DNA of 64,000 nt from the NCBI GenBank assembly GCA_964016885.1, contig CAXHJY010000854.1, positions 1-64,000 of the forward strand, given 5' to 3'. This document shows, piece by piece, positions 1 through 13,431 of this stretch. This stretch comes from Eledone cirrhosa. Taxonomy: Eukaryota. Made by a program: the position numbers and the translations under genes. Each line of letters starts with the position of its first letter. Within the stretch, counting starts at the first letter, position 1. Below the pieces are notes generated by a model. It worked only from the letters and a program-made list of their open reading frames with translations, did not search any database and had not been told where the DNA came from.

Positions 1-17
1 CACACATATATATATAT

Positions 18-142
18 GCACGTATCAGTTTACCGAACATTTATTATAATGTTCGCTTTGTTCGTTTGTAAACAAACGAACAGCCTGATTTAAGCCGTAC
101 AGCGTTTAGGCAACCACGTCTCCTTTTTGTTCAACACTGACA
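18..142 (+). repeat. Unclassified dispersed repeat; inverted diverged copy at ~56071-56190
   Basis: ccgaacatttattataatg...tttgtaaacaaac...taagccgta...gcaacca...ttgttcaacactgaca matches the reverse complement of 56071-56190. Confidence 0.75.
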
Positions 143-314
143 CAGGAACGATGTACTAGTTTCAAGCTTGTTAGCTATCGTCAGCACCGTATACCTTTCT
201 GCCAGATGGTTGAACTTGCGAAAGTATACACTTTCCTTATGAAAATTAACGGCTGAGCAACCTAATTTATATATATATATAAGAATATATCTATTGATAT
301 ATATATATATATAA

Positions 315-369
<55 letters not shown>

Positions 370-616
370 CATATATAAGAATATATATATATAAGAATAC
401 ATATATATATATATATGAATGTATAAATTGATGATGATGATGATCTATGTCTCAATCCTTTCAAAGTGATATAGAGGGTGAACTATTTCTTTGTGTAGTT
501 CGGTCTAAAATAGAATAGGCTAAATTTCTCGTTTCATCGTCGAAATTTCACCTTCCGCCGTTCTTAAACTAATTCTTTCATTCTGTCACTTGCTGTCGCT
601 TCCAGTTCTGTCAAAT

Positions 617-659
<43 letters not shown>

Positions 660-865
660 GAATAATCGAGAATCGGAAAAACAGCTCACGAATTAACGAT
701 AAACAATATCCGATATGTGTGGCAGAGCGGTCAATAATTTGGATAAATCAGAGCTATAACCATCGTTAAATTACCAACACATAGAGATCATGCCTAAAAT
801 CACCGTGCAGCGAAAAAGAACGACCAGGAAGATTCGGGTCACTCAAATAAAATATCAATAAATCA

Positions 866-909
<44 letters not shown>

Positions 910-1043
910 TAAAATAACAGATTAATGACGTATTATATTCGTTTTCTCCCGTTCTTTGCCAGGGAACGTTTCCACGAACCAAAGTATCGTCTTCCTATCT
1001 TCTTCCGGTTGCAACGTTTTTGAAATATCCACTTCTGCGTTTA

Positions 1044-1117
1044 CAGATTGACTTCGTTAGTTTCAGAAGATCCCGTTAAGGGTGAAAGCAGCGATTCTTT
1101 GCTTGAACTTTAATCTG
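1044..1117 (+). ncRNA. Type I hammerhead-like ribozyme, family A, non-canonical core CAGAAGA
   Basis: Stem I agttt(1059-63)/gaact(1105-09), extended past a bulge by cagattga/ttaatctg; core CAGAAGA 1064-70; stem II ccc-gttaa-ggg; GAAA 1084-87; stem III gca/tgc; triplet CUU. Confidence 0.6.
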
Positions 1118-1217
1118 TTATTTTAATAAATATTTGATCTACGGTTCTCATATATTTGATATATATTTATCCTTATCGGGCCCTCTTTGGATTTTAGTCT
1201 TCAAATTTATTATTATT
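1059..1217 (+). mobile_element. Family A PLE pLTR-like mini-element
   Basis: Same sequence recurs at 6465, 27891, 42093 and 62428, always bounded by simple repeats. Confidence 0.7.
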
Positions 1218-1218
1218 T

Positions 1219-1223
1219 CTCTC

Positions 1224-1310
<87 letters not shown>

Positions 1311-1582
1311 GATAGATAGATAGATAGATATTATATATATTATAGATAGATAGATAGATATTATATATATTATAGATAGATAGATAGATATTATATATAT
1401 TATAGATAGATAGATAGATAGATATTATATATATTATAGATAGATAGATAGATATTATATATATTATAGATATATTGATATATTATAGATATATTTATAT
1501 ATTATATATATATTATAGATATATATATATAATATATATATTATATATATATTATAGATATATATATATAATATATATATAT

Positions 1583-1613
<31 letters not shown>

Positions 1614-1715
1614 GATTATATATATATATATTATATATATAGATTATATATATATATTATATATATAGATTATATATATATAGATTATATATATAGATTA
1701 TATATATATATATAT
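1219..1715. repeat. Compound (CT)n/(AGAT)n/(TA)n microsatellite
   Basis: Direct inspection. Confidence 0.95.
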
Positions 1716-1796
1716 AACTTGATTTTGCTTCAAGAGAAATATTTGCAGTTGAAGTTAAACATATGAATGAATTATATATATATATATAGATATATA

Positions 1797-2032
1797 TAAT
1801 TTGATTACATATATATAAGTATATATATATATATATATAATTTGATTACATATATATAAGTGTATATACCTATATACATATATATATATAATTTGATTAC
1901 ATATATATGTATTTATATATATATATATAATTTGATTACATGTATATGTATTTATATATATATATATAATTTGATTACATATATATGTGTTTATATATAT
2001 ATATATATAATTTGATTACATATATATGTGTT

Positions 2033-2068
<36 letters not shown>

Positions 2069-2248
2069 ATAATTTGATTACATATATATGTGTTTATATA
2101 TATATATATATATAATTTGATTACATATATATTAGTGTATATACCTATATACATATATATATTTATATATAATTTGATTACATATATATTAAGTGTATAT
2201 ACCTATATACACATATATATATATATACAATTTGATTACATATATATG
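1797..2248. repeat. Minisatellite: ~10 copies of AATTTGATTACAT separated by variable TA/TG tracts
   Basis: Anchor motif recurs about every 40-60 bp. Confidence 0.85.
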
Positions 2249-2676
2249 TGGATATATATATATATATATGACTCACACGCTTCATTAACCAGGCGGAAAG
2301 CTAACATTTTCAATTACATTTCAACCGATATTACTAATATCAACATCAACTGCAACGAGTTATGAAAGATTTCCACTCATTCACCGAACATGACAGAAAA
2401 CATACATGTTTGACAGAAACCATACAGGTTTGATATATTCCATTAAAAGTTTGTGGCTGTTTGATGCGATTCAATAAATGTTCATTAATAGAGTTTACGA
2501 GTAGAATGTAAACGGGTGTGCATTAACGGAGCCCATTTATGGAATATGGACAATCCTTCCGCCATATTATCACACACACATATACACACGTATATATAAG
2601 TATACATATGAGCATATCCAGTTACACATATTTACACTCGTAATATATAATATATTATACACACCCACACATAAAC

Positions 2677-2727
<51 letters not shown>

Positions 2728-2828
2728 TAGATTTATATATATACATAAATATATACATATACAGACGTGTCAGTGTGTTATATATACAGACACACATACA
2801 GACGCACACACACGTTCACACGCCCCCC

Positions 2829-2861
<33 letters not shown>

Positions 2862-2864
<3 letters not shown>

Positions 2865-2909
2865 CTGTCTAAACGGCCGGAGCTCAGCCGTCGGGGTCCT
2901 GACTTTTTC

Positions 2910-2910
<1 letters not shown>
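2862..2910 (+). mobile_element. Family C fragment (3' half of hammerhead)
   Basis: agctgtctaaacggccggagctcagccgtcggggtcctgac matches family C arm. Confidence 0.65.
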
Positions 2911-2941
<31 letters not shown>

Positions 2942-3199
2942 AATATATACATATATACATGTGTATATGTATGTATATATATGTATATATATTTATGTAT
3001 GTATATATATTTATGTATGTATATATATATGTATATATATTTATATATGTATATATATTTATATATGTATATATATTTATATATGTATATATATTTATAT
3101 ATTTATATATGTATATATATTTATATATGTATATATATTTATATATGTATATATATTTATATATGTATATATATATTTATATATGTATATATATATATT

Positions 3200-3286
<87 letters not shown>

Positions 3287-4849
3287 AGGCGTATCTATGT
3301 GTTATAGTTACACACACTCAGAAACAGCCACATACACACATACACACACATATATATATTTATATGTATATACATATCTGTGAGCGTTTGTGTGTGTTGT
3401 GTATTAATGATCCTCTGCAGTAAATCCAATCACGTTATATCAGTAAAGTGCCAGATTGTGATGTACTCTTTTCCACACACACACACACACACACATAGTA
3501 TGTGTCTATGTGTCTGTATCTCTAAGATATACATATACATACACACATAGAGAGACACACACAAACAGAAACACAGAGAGACATAAAGACATACACAGAG
3601 ACAAACATAGTGACACACATAGACACACAGAAAGAAAGATAGATAGAGAGGGGGAGAGAGAGAGATAGATAGAGAGGGTGACAAATGTTGTGACACATGC
3701 ATAGACAAACCTAGAGAGAGAGACGAGACACACACATACGCACACAAACATACGCCCCCCCCCCACACACACACACAAACACACACAAACACACACGCAC
3801 ACACACAGGCACACGTATTGAGACATAGATGGAGACACAAACACAGAGACTATTTACATCAATGCTTGCTTGCACGGCGTTTTATCCTTCGAACTAATAC
3901 AGAAAAAATGGCGGATTTCATCCCAACATACAATGCAAACTGCTGACATATGCATTATACAAATAGTAAAAGGCTGTTAGGCGCAATGTTTACAGGGGAT
4001 AAGCTAGATTAGAACAAACATTATACGTAGGTTTTCCACTGTTAAAAGGTTTCGGTTAATCACAGTATAAATACGGTTCTAATCACAGAGCACAGTCGTA
4101 ACAATAATGCAAGTTTAACCATATTTACAAAGGTAAATGCATTGACAAAATCTTCTATGAATTGTAAAGATGCAAAAGTAAGAAAACATGGTGTGATTAA
4201 GCGTGAGCGTATATTTATATTGAATAAATGTTCCGCAAATTATTACCTTAACGCAATTCTAAGCACCTCATTGAGCCACTTTAGAATTGCAGCTAATCTT
4301 GTCAATAGTCGTTCTATTATAATAAATTCTCGCTAAGTTGGATTCCATCATTGGTTCTTTGATGTACCTATAAATACAATGCTACATATACCCATTATAC
4401 TTAACAGCTATTGGCTAAATGCCTCGACGCATGCGCAGTGACATTCCCCAATATGTTACACAAGGAAACGTTAGATTACATTATGCAGTCATACGTTACA
4501 ATATAGTCGCATCAGGTCGAATTCCATCATTATTTCTTTGATGTCCCTATAACCAGGATATTATCCAGGGCCAATTTTGCTTAACTGTTATTGGCTACTT
4601 GCCTAAACACATGCGCAGTGACGTCTTTACATTTACAGATATGTACCGAGGGTGATGAGTGAAAGATGAAATCTACAGATGGTGGCCCAAATTACTAGAC
4701 ATAACAGCTAAAGCTCCCTCAAACCTGTCTTTATATTGTATGTCATATAGTTCACAAATATTTTGAATTTCTTTTTCTGAAATGTGCTTACACCCCAAAA
4801 TCTCGGGCATCTAAAAATATATATTTATATGTTTATCCCGGGTTCAATC

Positions 4850-6372
4850 GGAGCTCTGTATATCCGTGAAGATGTCACACCAATTGTACTGTTGACACAT
4901 TCAAACTCAGTCTGTGACACACTGATAGTACATATGAAGCAACTACAGACAGTAATTTGTGTCACATATCGTCATGAGGGTAAATTTGAGGATAGCCTCA
5001 GTAGGATAGAAGAGGTCCTTGACAAACTGGACCAGGGTCTCAACATTCTACTGCTGGGAGACTTCAACCTGCCAAAGGTCAAATGACCTGAGGGACACCT
5101 CCTCCCTGGAATGGGGACAATAGAACAGAGACAGACGGATTCCCTGCTGGCCCTCGCACACAGGTTGTTCATGGAAAAGCAGTATTCCTCCCAACAAGAG
5201 GCGAACATGTCCTGGACCTCTGTTTTACAAACAACGAAGTGCTCATCCACAATGTAAAGTTGACACCAACAATTTTCTCGGATCATAACTTAGTAGAACT
5301 AATGATATGTGGTCCGAGAGAACCAACAGAGACACAACCATCAAGAGGCACCCGGGCGTTATCCGGCCTTAACGTCTACAAGGCTAACTGGAAAAATATC
5401 AAGAGAGAAATCCGGAAGCAAATATGGAGCGAAAACACCGCCACACAAGACACTAACACACAATTTCAACACTTCATGACAACGATACACACTATATGCA
5501 AGAAGTTTGTCCCGAAGAAAAAAGCAAACAGACACAAAAATCGTATTCCCAGAGATAGGAAAATCCTCATGAGACGTAGAACCAAGATCTCAAACCAGTT
5601 GAATGCACAACAAGAAAACAAGAACAAGAAGGAACCCTATTTGAAACGTGCACTACTTGACACCGAGATTGCACTCAAACCTTCTCATGAAAATGAGAGG
5701 GCAAAGACAGAAATCAGGGCCATAGAAAATATTAAAACAAACCTTAAGGCCTTCTTTAAATTTGCAAAAGAAACTGCCTCGGTACACTGCAAGATTGGAC
5801 CACTCTTCCATACAGACGGTTCATTAACCGAGAATCCCCAAGAGATGTGTGAAATACTGAACAAACAGTACAAAAGCGTGTTCACATGTCCACTGAGGCA
5901 CATGCAAATAACAAAGCCAGAGGAGTCTTTGATGCTACAACATTACATGAAGATATGGCGACCATCAACCACATAGACATAACGGAGGAGAATGTGGTAT
6001 ACGCCATAGATGAAATTAGAACAGACTCAGTGCTGGACCTGATGGATTCCCAGCAGTCCTCTTAAAAACGTGTAACCGGGCCTTAGCAACTCCACTGAAG
6101 ATGCTCTTCAGAAGCTCCTTAGCTAGCGGTATACTAACCCAGGGAGCTGAAAGAAGGCACAATATGCCCTATCCATAAAGGAGGTAGCAGAGCGGAGTGT
6201 AAAAACTATAGGCTACTCTCCCAGACTTCGCATATCAGTAAGGTCATGGAGGGAGTTGTCAGAAATAAACTGATCACCTTCCTCGAGGAAAAAGACCGCC
6301 TGACTAGCACGCAGCATGGCTTTCGCCCAGGAAGAAGCTGCCTTACACAGCTGCTACATCACCACGACTGAT
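4850..6372 (+). mobile_element. CR1-clade LINE ORF2 fragment (APE endonuclease to start of RT), frameshifted
   Basis: Translations GALYIRED, ILLLGDFNLP, LDLCFTN, SDHNLV (APE); KAFFKFAK; AGPDGFPA, PIHKGG, KNYR, QHGFRPGRSCLTQLL (RT N-terminus); stops and frameshifts present. Confidence 0.9.
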
Positions 6373-6464
6373 ATATACTGAGCGGTTGCCGGTCCAGCAA
6401 AAATTAGGTATCATGATTGGTGCTCTGAAATAGCGATTTAATATATATATATATATTCTGTTAG

Positions 6465-6620
6465 AGAAGATCCCGTTAAGGGTGAAAGCCGCAATTCTTT
6501 GCTTAAACTTTAATTTGTTATTTTAATAAATATTTGCACTAGTGTTCTTTTATATTTGATATATATTTTTCCTTATCGAGCCCTCTTTGGACTTTAGTTT
6601 TCACGTTTATTATTATTATT
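6465..6620 (+). mobile_element. Family A PLE pLTR-like mini-element
   Basis: agaagatcccgttaagggtgaaagccgcaattctttgcttaaactttaatttg..., near-identical to 1065-1217. Confidence 0.75.
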
Positions 6621-6699
6621 ATTTTTATTATATATATATATATATATATATAATAAAAATAATAATAATAATAAATGTGAAAACTAAAGTCTTACAAAT

Positions 6700-7245
6700 A
6701 ACCTGTTAATAATTCTATTGATTGATTAATTGCATAAGTTTATTTTTAAAAACTACTCGGTTGAGTGCTTATTCGATTTGTGCTATCTACGCATTTTTTT
6801 GTATGATATACACATACTGAATTCCTTTGCCAAAATATGGGGAATTTCCTCTTATGACTTACGCATGTGCGTTTACTATGCTCTGTGTCACTCGCAAAGT
6901 TGGTTACAGAGCAGAATTACCTGTTGATAACGTGATATTCCTTGTTCGATTTTTATGCTGAAAGCTTATGGTTTTAAGCAGACAGTATTATTGATTTAGG
7001 TGTCATAGAAATCCAGCATTTGGATTTTACCACCAGTTTTCCATTTGGGTCCAGGTTTTTATCATTTATTTTGTTTGACCTGTTTAGTTTGATTTGTTTT
7101 TTGGATTAGGTGGTTAATGCCTTCTTAACCACTTTTTCAGTTTGTATGGCGTTTTAACATATTGTTTAGCTCTGGATTTGTAACTATTGAGCGCTTGCCA
7201 GCATTTCGCTTTTTCTACCATCCGAAATACGATTCTCGCTGAATT
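6700..7245 (-). mobile_element. Possible highly decayed PLE linker/GIY-YIG ORF remnant
   Basis: Minus strand gives RRH*PPNPKTNQTK (like PLE RQPPNLKxILTK), STGNS, GKG..DSTNRIST; followed on the same strand by a family A tail at 6652-6691. Confidence 0.35.
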
Positions 7246-7274
7246 ATATTTGTATATATATGTATATATATATA

Positions 7275-7325
<51 letters not shown>

Positions 7326-7763
7326 GAGAGAGAGAGAGTGTGTGTGAGTGTATTAAATAAATCGAAGGTCATGATTTTGGTTTAGATTTCTCCGCCAATA
7401 GGTGGCGTCTGATTGATCCAGAGGTAATACGCAGGTGGATGAAACCGGAGATTTTCATAAAGATACGTCGCCGAGGGTCAAAGATAATTCCATTAGCTCT
7501 ACAAATATTCTATCGTTATATATCCAATTTAAACTTTATGGCAATATATAGCAATTTTTCTCTCTTGTTACCTGACATTAACCTACACATTTTATAAGTT
7601 AATTTAATTCATGCTATCAATTTTAGAATGAAAACCACTATTTTCCAGTCACTAGATATGCTACGTGGCGCTGTTTACTTTTAGTTATTAATTAAAGCCT
7701 CTCGTCTTGTTTATGCGTTTGCGATGAGCTGTTCTATATATATATATAAATATATATATATAG

Positions 7764-7810
<47 letters not shown>

Positions 7811-8065
7811 CATATATATATATATATATCTTTATACAAATATAGACTTATAGAAAGAAACGTAAAAATAAAATGTTTGGTCGATAGGAATTGAAGTGTA
7901 ATTTATGTTGATGTTTCTAGTAGATAATATTGTTAATTGATTCACGTAAATCAAGTTTTATCTTTATCTTAAAACTCTCAGAGATGTCTTAATGAAATTA
8001 GCATCAATTAAGGAAGCCGGAATTGAGATCAATAAAACTCATACATTCTCCGAAAAAGTACAAAC

Positions 8066-8125
<60 letters not shown>

Positions 8126-8127
<2 letters not shown>

Positions 8128-8305
8128 CGAAGGAAGTGTGGTAAGGAACTAGGTGGACCATTACCCACCAGAGTACTCTGGTGGGTAATAAGAAAAGAGT
8201 CAACACTCCGACGGCCGAGTTACAACCGTTTCGACAGCTATTTCAGTTTAGAAATACATGTCGAAACGGTTGGACCTCAGCCGTCGGAGTCCTGAGACTT
8301 TTCCA
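8126..8305 (-). mobile_element. Family C palindromic mini-element (diverged)
   Basis: aacgaaggaagtgtggtaaggaac... with imperfect inverted repeat centred ~8245; flanked by (TA)n. Confidence 0.75.
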
Positions 8306-8306
8306 T

Positions 8307-8741
<435 letters not shown>

Positions 8742-8935
8742 CGTTATTCCGGGTTGAATCGGAGGTAACCACAGTAAGTAAGGTACTCAATACATAGCAG
8801 AGTATAACAGTTTTAATATAGATGAGATTCTACAGGACTAGAACTGTTTCATTCATTAGAAATCATCAGGATTCCTGATGATTTCTAATGAATGAAACAG
8901 TTCTAGTCCTGTAGAATCTCATCTATATTAAAACT
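8742..8935 (-). mobile_element. Family B palindromic mini-element
   Basis: 63-bp inverted arms 8809-8871/8873-8935 plus tail to 8742; copies at 35326 and 62570. Confidence 0.85.
8870..8918 (+). ncRNA. Type I hammerhead ribozyme, family B
   Basis: gattc CTGATGA t-ttc-taat-gaa-t GAAA cag-ttctagtc-ct GTA gaatc: stem I gattc/gaatc, stem III ACAG/CUGU, triplet GUA. Confidence 0.75.
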
Positions 8936-8956
8936 ATATATATATTTATATATATT

Positions 8957-8990
<34 letters not shown>

Positions 8991-8998
8991 CATATGTA

Positions 8999-9031
<33 letters not shown>

Positions 9032-9036
9032 ATATT

Positions 9037-9129
<93 letters not shown>

Positions 9130-9130
9130 G

Positions 9131-9177
<47 letters not shown>

Positions 9178-9178
9178 G

Positions 9179-9218
<40 letters not shown>

Positions 9219-9224
9219 TTTATT

Positions 9225-9277
<53 letters not shown>

Positions 9278-9278
9278 A

Positions 9279-9325
<47 letters not shown>

Positions 9326-9421
9326 ATATATATATTTATAAAAATAACACAGTTCTTAACCCCACTATCAGGCTAAATAATTTCTTTAGTTAAAATACGT
9401 CGATAGTTAACATTTCTAATA

Positions 9422-9564
9422 GTATATATATATATATATGTATATATGTATATATGTATATATATGTGTATATGTATATATGTATATATATATGTGTATA
9501 TATATATGTGTGTATATATATGTGTATATATATATATATATGTGTATATATATATATGTGTATG

Positions 9565-9658
<94 letters not shown>

Positions 9659-9817
9659 TGTATATATATGTATATATATGTGTATATATGTGTATATATA
9701 TGTATATATATGTGTATATATATGTATATATGGATATATATATATGGATATATATATATGGATATATATATATGGATATATATATATGGATATATATATA
9801 TGGATATATATATATGG

Positions 9818-9899
<82 letters not shown>

Positions 9900-10282
9900 G
9901 TATATGTGTATATGTATATGTATATATATATATATGTATATGTATATGTGTATATATATATATGTATATATATATATGTATATGTGTATATATGTATATG
10001 TATATATATATGTATATGTGTATATATATATATGTATATGTATATATATATGTATATGTGTATATATATATATATGTATATGTATATATATATGTATATG
10101 TGTATATATATATATATGTATATGTATATATATATGTATATATATGTATATATATGTATATATATGTGTATATATATGTATGTATATGTATATATATGTA
10201 TATATATATATGTATATATATATATGTATATATATATATGTATATATATATATGTATATATATATATATGTATATATATATG

Positions 10283-10345
<63 letters not shown>

Positions 10346-10460
10346 GTATATATATGTATATATATATATGTATATATATATGTATATGTATATATATATG
10401 TATATATATATGTATATGTATATATATATGTGTATATATATATGTATGTATATATATATG

Positions 10461-10491
<31 letters not shown>

Positions 10492-10737
10492 GTGTATATA
10501 TGTATATATATATGTATATATATATGTATATATATATATATATATATGTATGTATATATATGTGTATATATATGTGTATATATATGTATGTATATATATG
10601 TGTATATATATGTATATGTATATATATGGATATATATATATATATGGATATGTATATATATGGATATATATATATATATGCATGTATATATGTGTATGTA
10701 GATACATATGTATGTATATACATATGTGTATATATAT
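9422..10737. repeat. (TA)n/(TATG)n microsatellite
   Basis: Direct inspection. Confidence 0.95.
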
Positions 10738-10890
10738 AAGAAAAGATTCACGACCCCAACGGCTGAGCTCCAGGCGTTTTGACATCTAGACCCGGAACAG
10801 GGGTCCTAAATCTTTTTATATTACCCATTCTACTACCCCAAGTATCGTCGAGTACTCTGATCCACCTGTTTATTTAACACACCCTATCTG
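10738..10890. mobile_element. Diverged family C mini-element
   Basis: gaccccaacggctgagctcc arm and tattacccattctactac...gagtactctg tail. Confidence 0.6.
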
Positions 10891-11346
10891 ATATATATAT
10901 ATGTATAATATATATATATATACAATCTTTCTGTTATGCTCTCCCACTTCACATCATTTACAAGAAAAGCAATGATTTGATTCGTATTCGTCTAACTTGT
11001 AACCTTACTGAAAGAAAGAGAACACAAACACTTCAAGCCATATCAAACTAAAATAATGAATGACATTCAAAAGCTGTATTAGAACGGCTTCTCCTCTACA
11101 CTATATGAATGATGTGTCAGAAAAATGATAGTCATTTACTGAGTGTTTAGTTTTTATCTTCCATTAACACTTCTTAAATTGTCTTTGTGAACGAACTGTC
11201 AAGTAATGACTCCTCATATTAGAAATAAGATGTCTGATGTCTCATGTATATTCATGGGGAATAATAAACCAAGTGAATAGAAAACATACTTTTCTGTGTG
11301 AATGTAGATATATCGCACACTGTTTACTGTGTATTATATATATATA

Positions 11347-11536
11347 GGGTGGATTGGCAGTATTGGTAGAGTGTCGGATGCCATGCTTTGGCGCATAGAG
11401 TTATGGCCCTTGTCATTCTGAGTTCAAATCCCGCCGAGGTTAACTTTGTCTTTCATCCTTACGGGGTCGATAAAGTAAAGTACCAGTAATACACTGGTGT
11501 TATTGCTGGCCTTGTGCCTAACGTAGAAACAATTAT
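11347..11536 (+). mobile_element. tRNA-derived SINE family 1 (octopus-type)
   Basis: A box tggcagtattggt, B box gagttcaaatcc, body tttcatccttacggggtcgataaa..gtaccagt, tail ggccttgtgccta..gtagaaacaatt; multiple copies in window. Confidence 0.85.
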
Positions 11537-11653
11537 ATAGTGTATAGTGTATAGAGAGTTTAGAGTGTATAGTGTATTTGTATGCTGTCCTTCTCGTTGG
11601 TTAAGTGTGCTCTCTCTCTCTTTCTCTCACTTGCTCTCTCTATATATATATAT

Positions 11654-11698
<45 letters not shown>

Positions 11699-11720
11699 TA
11701 TATATGTATGCTCATATGTA

Positions 11721-11756
<36 letters not shown>

Positions 11757-11878
11757 CATATATACATATACACATACATTTATATAAATATAAATATATA
11801 TATATACATATATACATATACACATACATTTATATAAATATAAATATATATATATATATACATATATACACATACATT

Positions 11879-11920
<42 letters not shown>

Positions 11921-12067
11921 TACATATACACATACATTTATATTCATATATATAAATGTGTGTCTGTGTGTATAAAAGGTAAACAGGAACAAGAAAAATA
12001 ACAAAAGAAATGGCACATTACACGGAAGGAATATATTAGTTTACCATTTAAAATAGCTGGAACAGGG

Positions 12068-12103
12068 TCTTAACGTTTTGGATGCTAGTCCTTCATCAGA
12101 AGA
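12068..12103 (-). ncRNA. Decayed minimal PLE-type hammerhead
   Basis: tctt CTGATGA a-gga-ctagca-tcc AAAA CGTT aaga; G12 replaced by A at a CpG; palindromic AACGTT stem III. Confidence 0.55.
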
Positions 12104-13431
12104 AAGAATGAGAAATTTAATATAGAAATGGCTCCTATATAACTAGAACTGTTCAATCATCAGGAAATATATATATATATATATATATATAGTAAGAGAG
12201 GGAGGAAAGAACGATAGAGAGAGACAGAGAGAGAGAGAGAAAAAGAACGAGAGACACAGAGAGAAATAAAAATAAAGAGAGAGAGAAAATTTGTGCGTGT
12301 GAGAGAGAGAGAGAGAGAGACACTTGATCTTACACTAAAGTTTAATGGCTTTCATTATAGTAACACAATCAATAATCGTTTTCTAAGAGAACATGCAACG
12401 ACATTTAGTATTTCGAAAGCCCTGAAGACAATGCTAATGAAATATTGGTCAACCCCAGAAGACATTTAACATTTTTTTATTGGATTATATTGCATGAGAT
12501 ATGTAGAAGTGTCTGGTTGGAGAATTTTCATTGTTCTTCGTCCACGATTTTCCACTAAAATAATCTTTTGTTAATTCTCCGTAACCTATTCCCTTCAGTA
12601 AAACGTCTGATATAATAATCGTCTTTAAATTATTAAGCTGACTACTAGATCTTATTGTAATTCACTGCAATCGAAAAAACTAATGGAATGGTGTAATGTC
12701 ATTTATTCTCGTTAAGAATTCAGAAGCAGGTGGAATATATGTCAGCATTGACTGCTAGTACGTAAATTATAGCGCATTCTTTTCATCTGGAATTCTAAAA
12801 CTATTTCAAATAGCCAAGATATGTTTCATGAAGAAGAAATATAAGAGAGAATTGTGTATCTTACACAGCTACACAAAAATGACCTGATAAAATTTCACCT
12901 GAAAGTAAAAAAAATATAAAACAAAAATAGGACACATTGTACCCCCGAAAGTAATACAAAAAAAAACAAAACAAAAAAAAACTGAAAACATTTCCATATA
13001 AGGGTAAAGAGGAGGGTAAGACTAAGCATCCTTGAATTTCATAAAAAACAGGATGGAGCTGCGTCAGAGACGTCGAAGATGTTGCAGTTCTTTGGTCAAC
13101 TGCTTGCCAGCGAAATTAATTTATACTTAGCTGAGAATCCTAGAGATATGTGTACTCTTAAAGTAATTATTAGGGAGCTCTAGCTTGAGACAGTGAGTAA
13201 TATCTTTGGCATGTTGAATTACAGGTACAATCTACTATATTATATTGTTGCCTTTCATCCTTAGGGTACATTACTGTTGTGAAAGCTGCCCTGCCATACA
13301 GTGACATAGAGACTAGCACGTGTTTATTGCGATTCAAAATCCTTTCGGCTATGCTGCGTCCACTTCGTAAAAATATATCAGGCATAAGTACCCAAACAAC
13401 TAGGCCATACGTATTCACATACTTTTAAATT

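Noticed and set aside
960-1000. Minus-strand GGAAGA-cga..tcg-GGAAACGTT hammerhead-like string
   Set aside because: C3 and U4 missing and no stem I; too degenerate to call
7395-7411. CTCF-like motif ccaataggtggcgtc
   Set aside because: Single imperfect short match; unsupported without binding data
11347-11440. tRNA gene
   Set aside because: A/B boxes belong to a SINE head; no cloverleaf; continues into SINE body
12415-12460. CTGAAGA...GAAA...GTC on the plus strand
   Set aside because: No stem I or stem II pairing; likely chance
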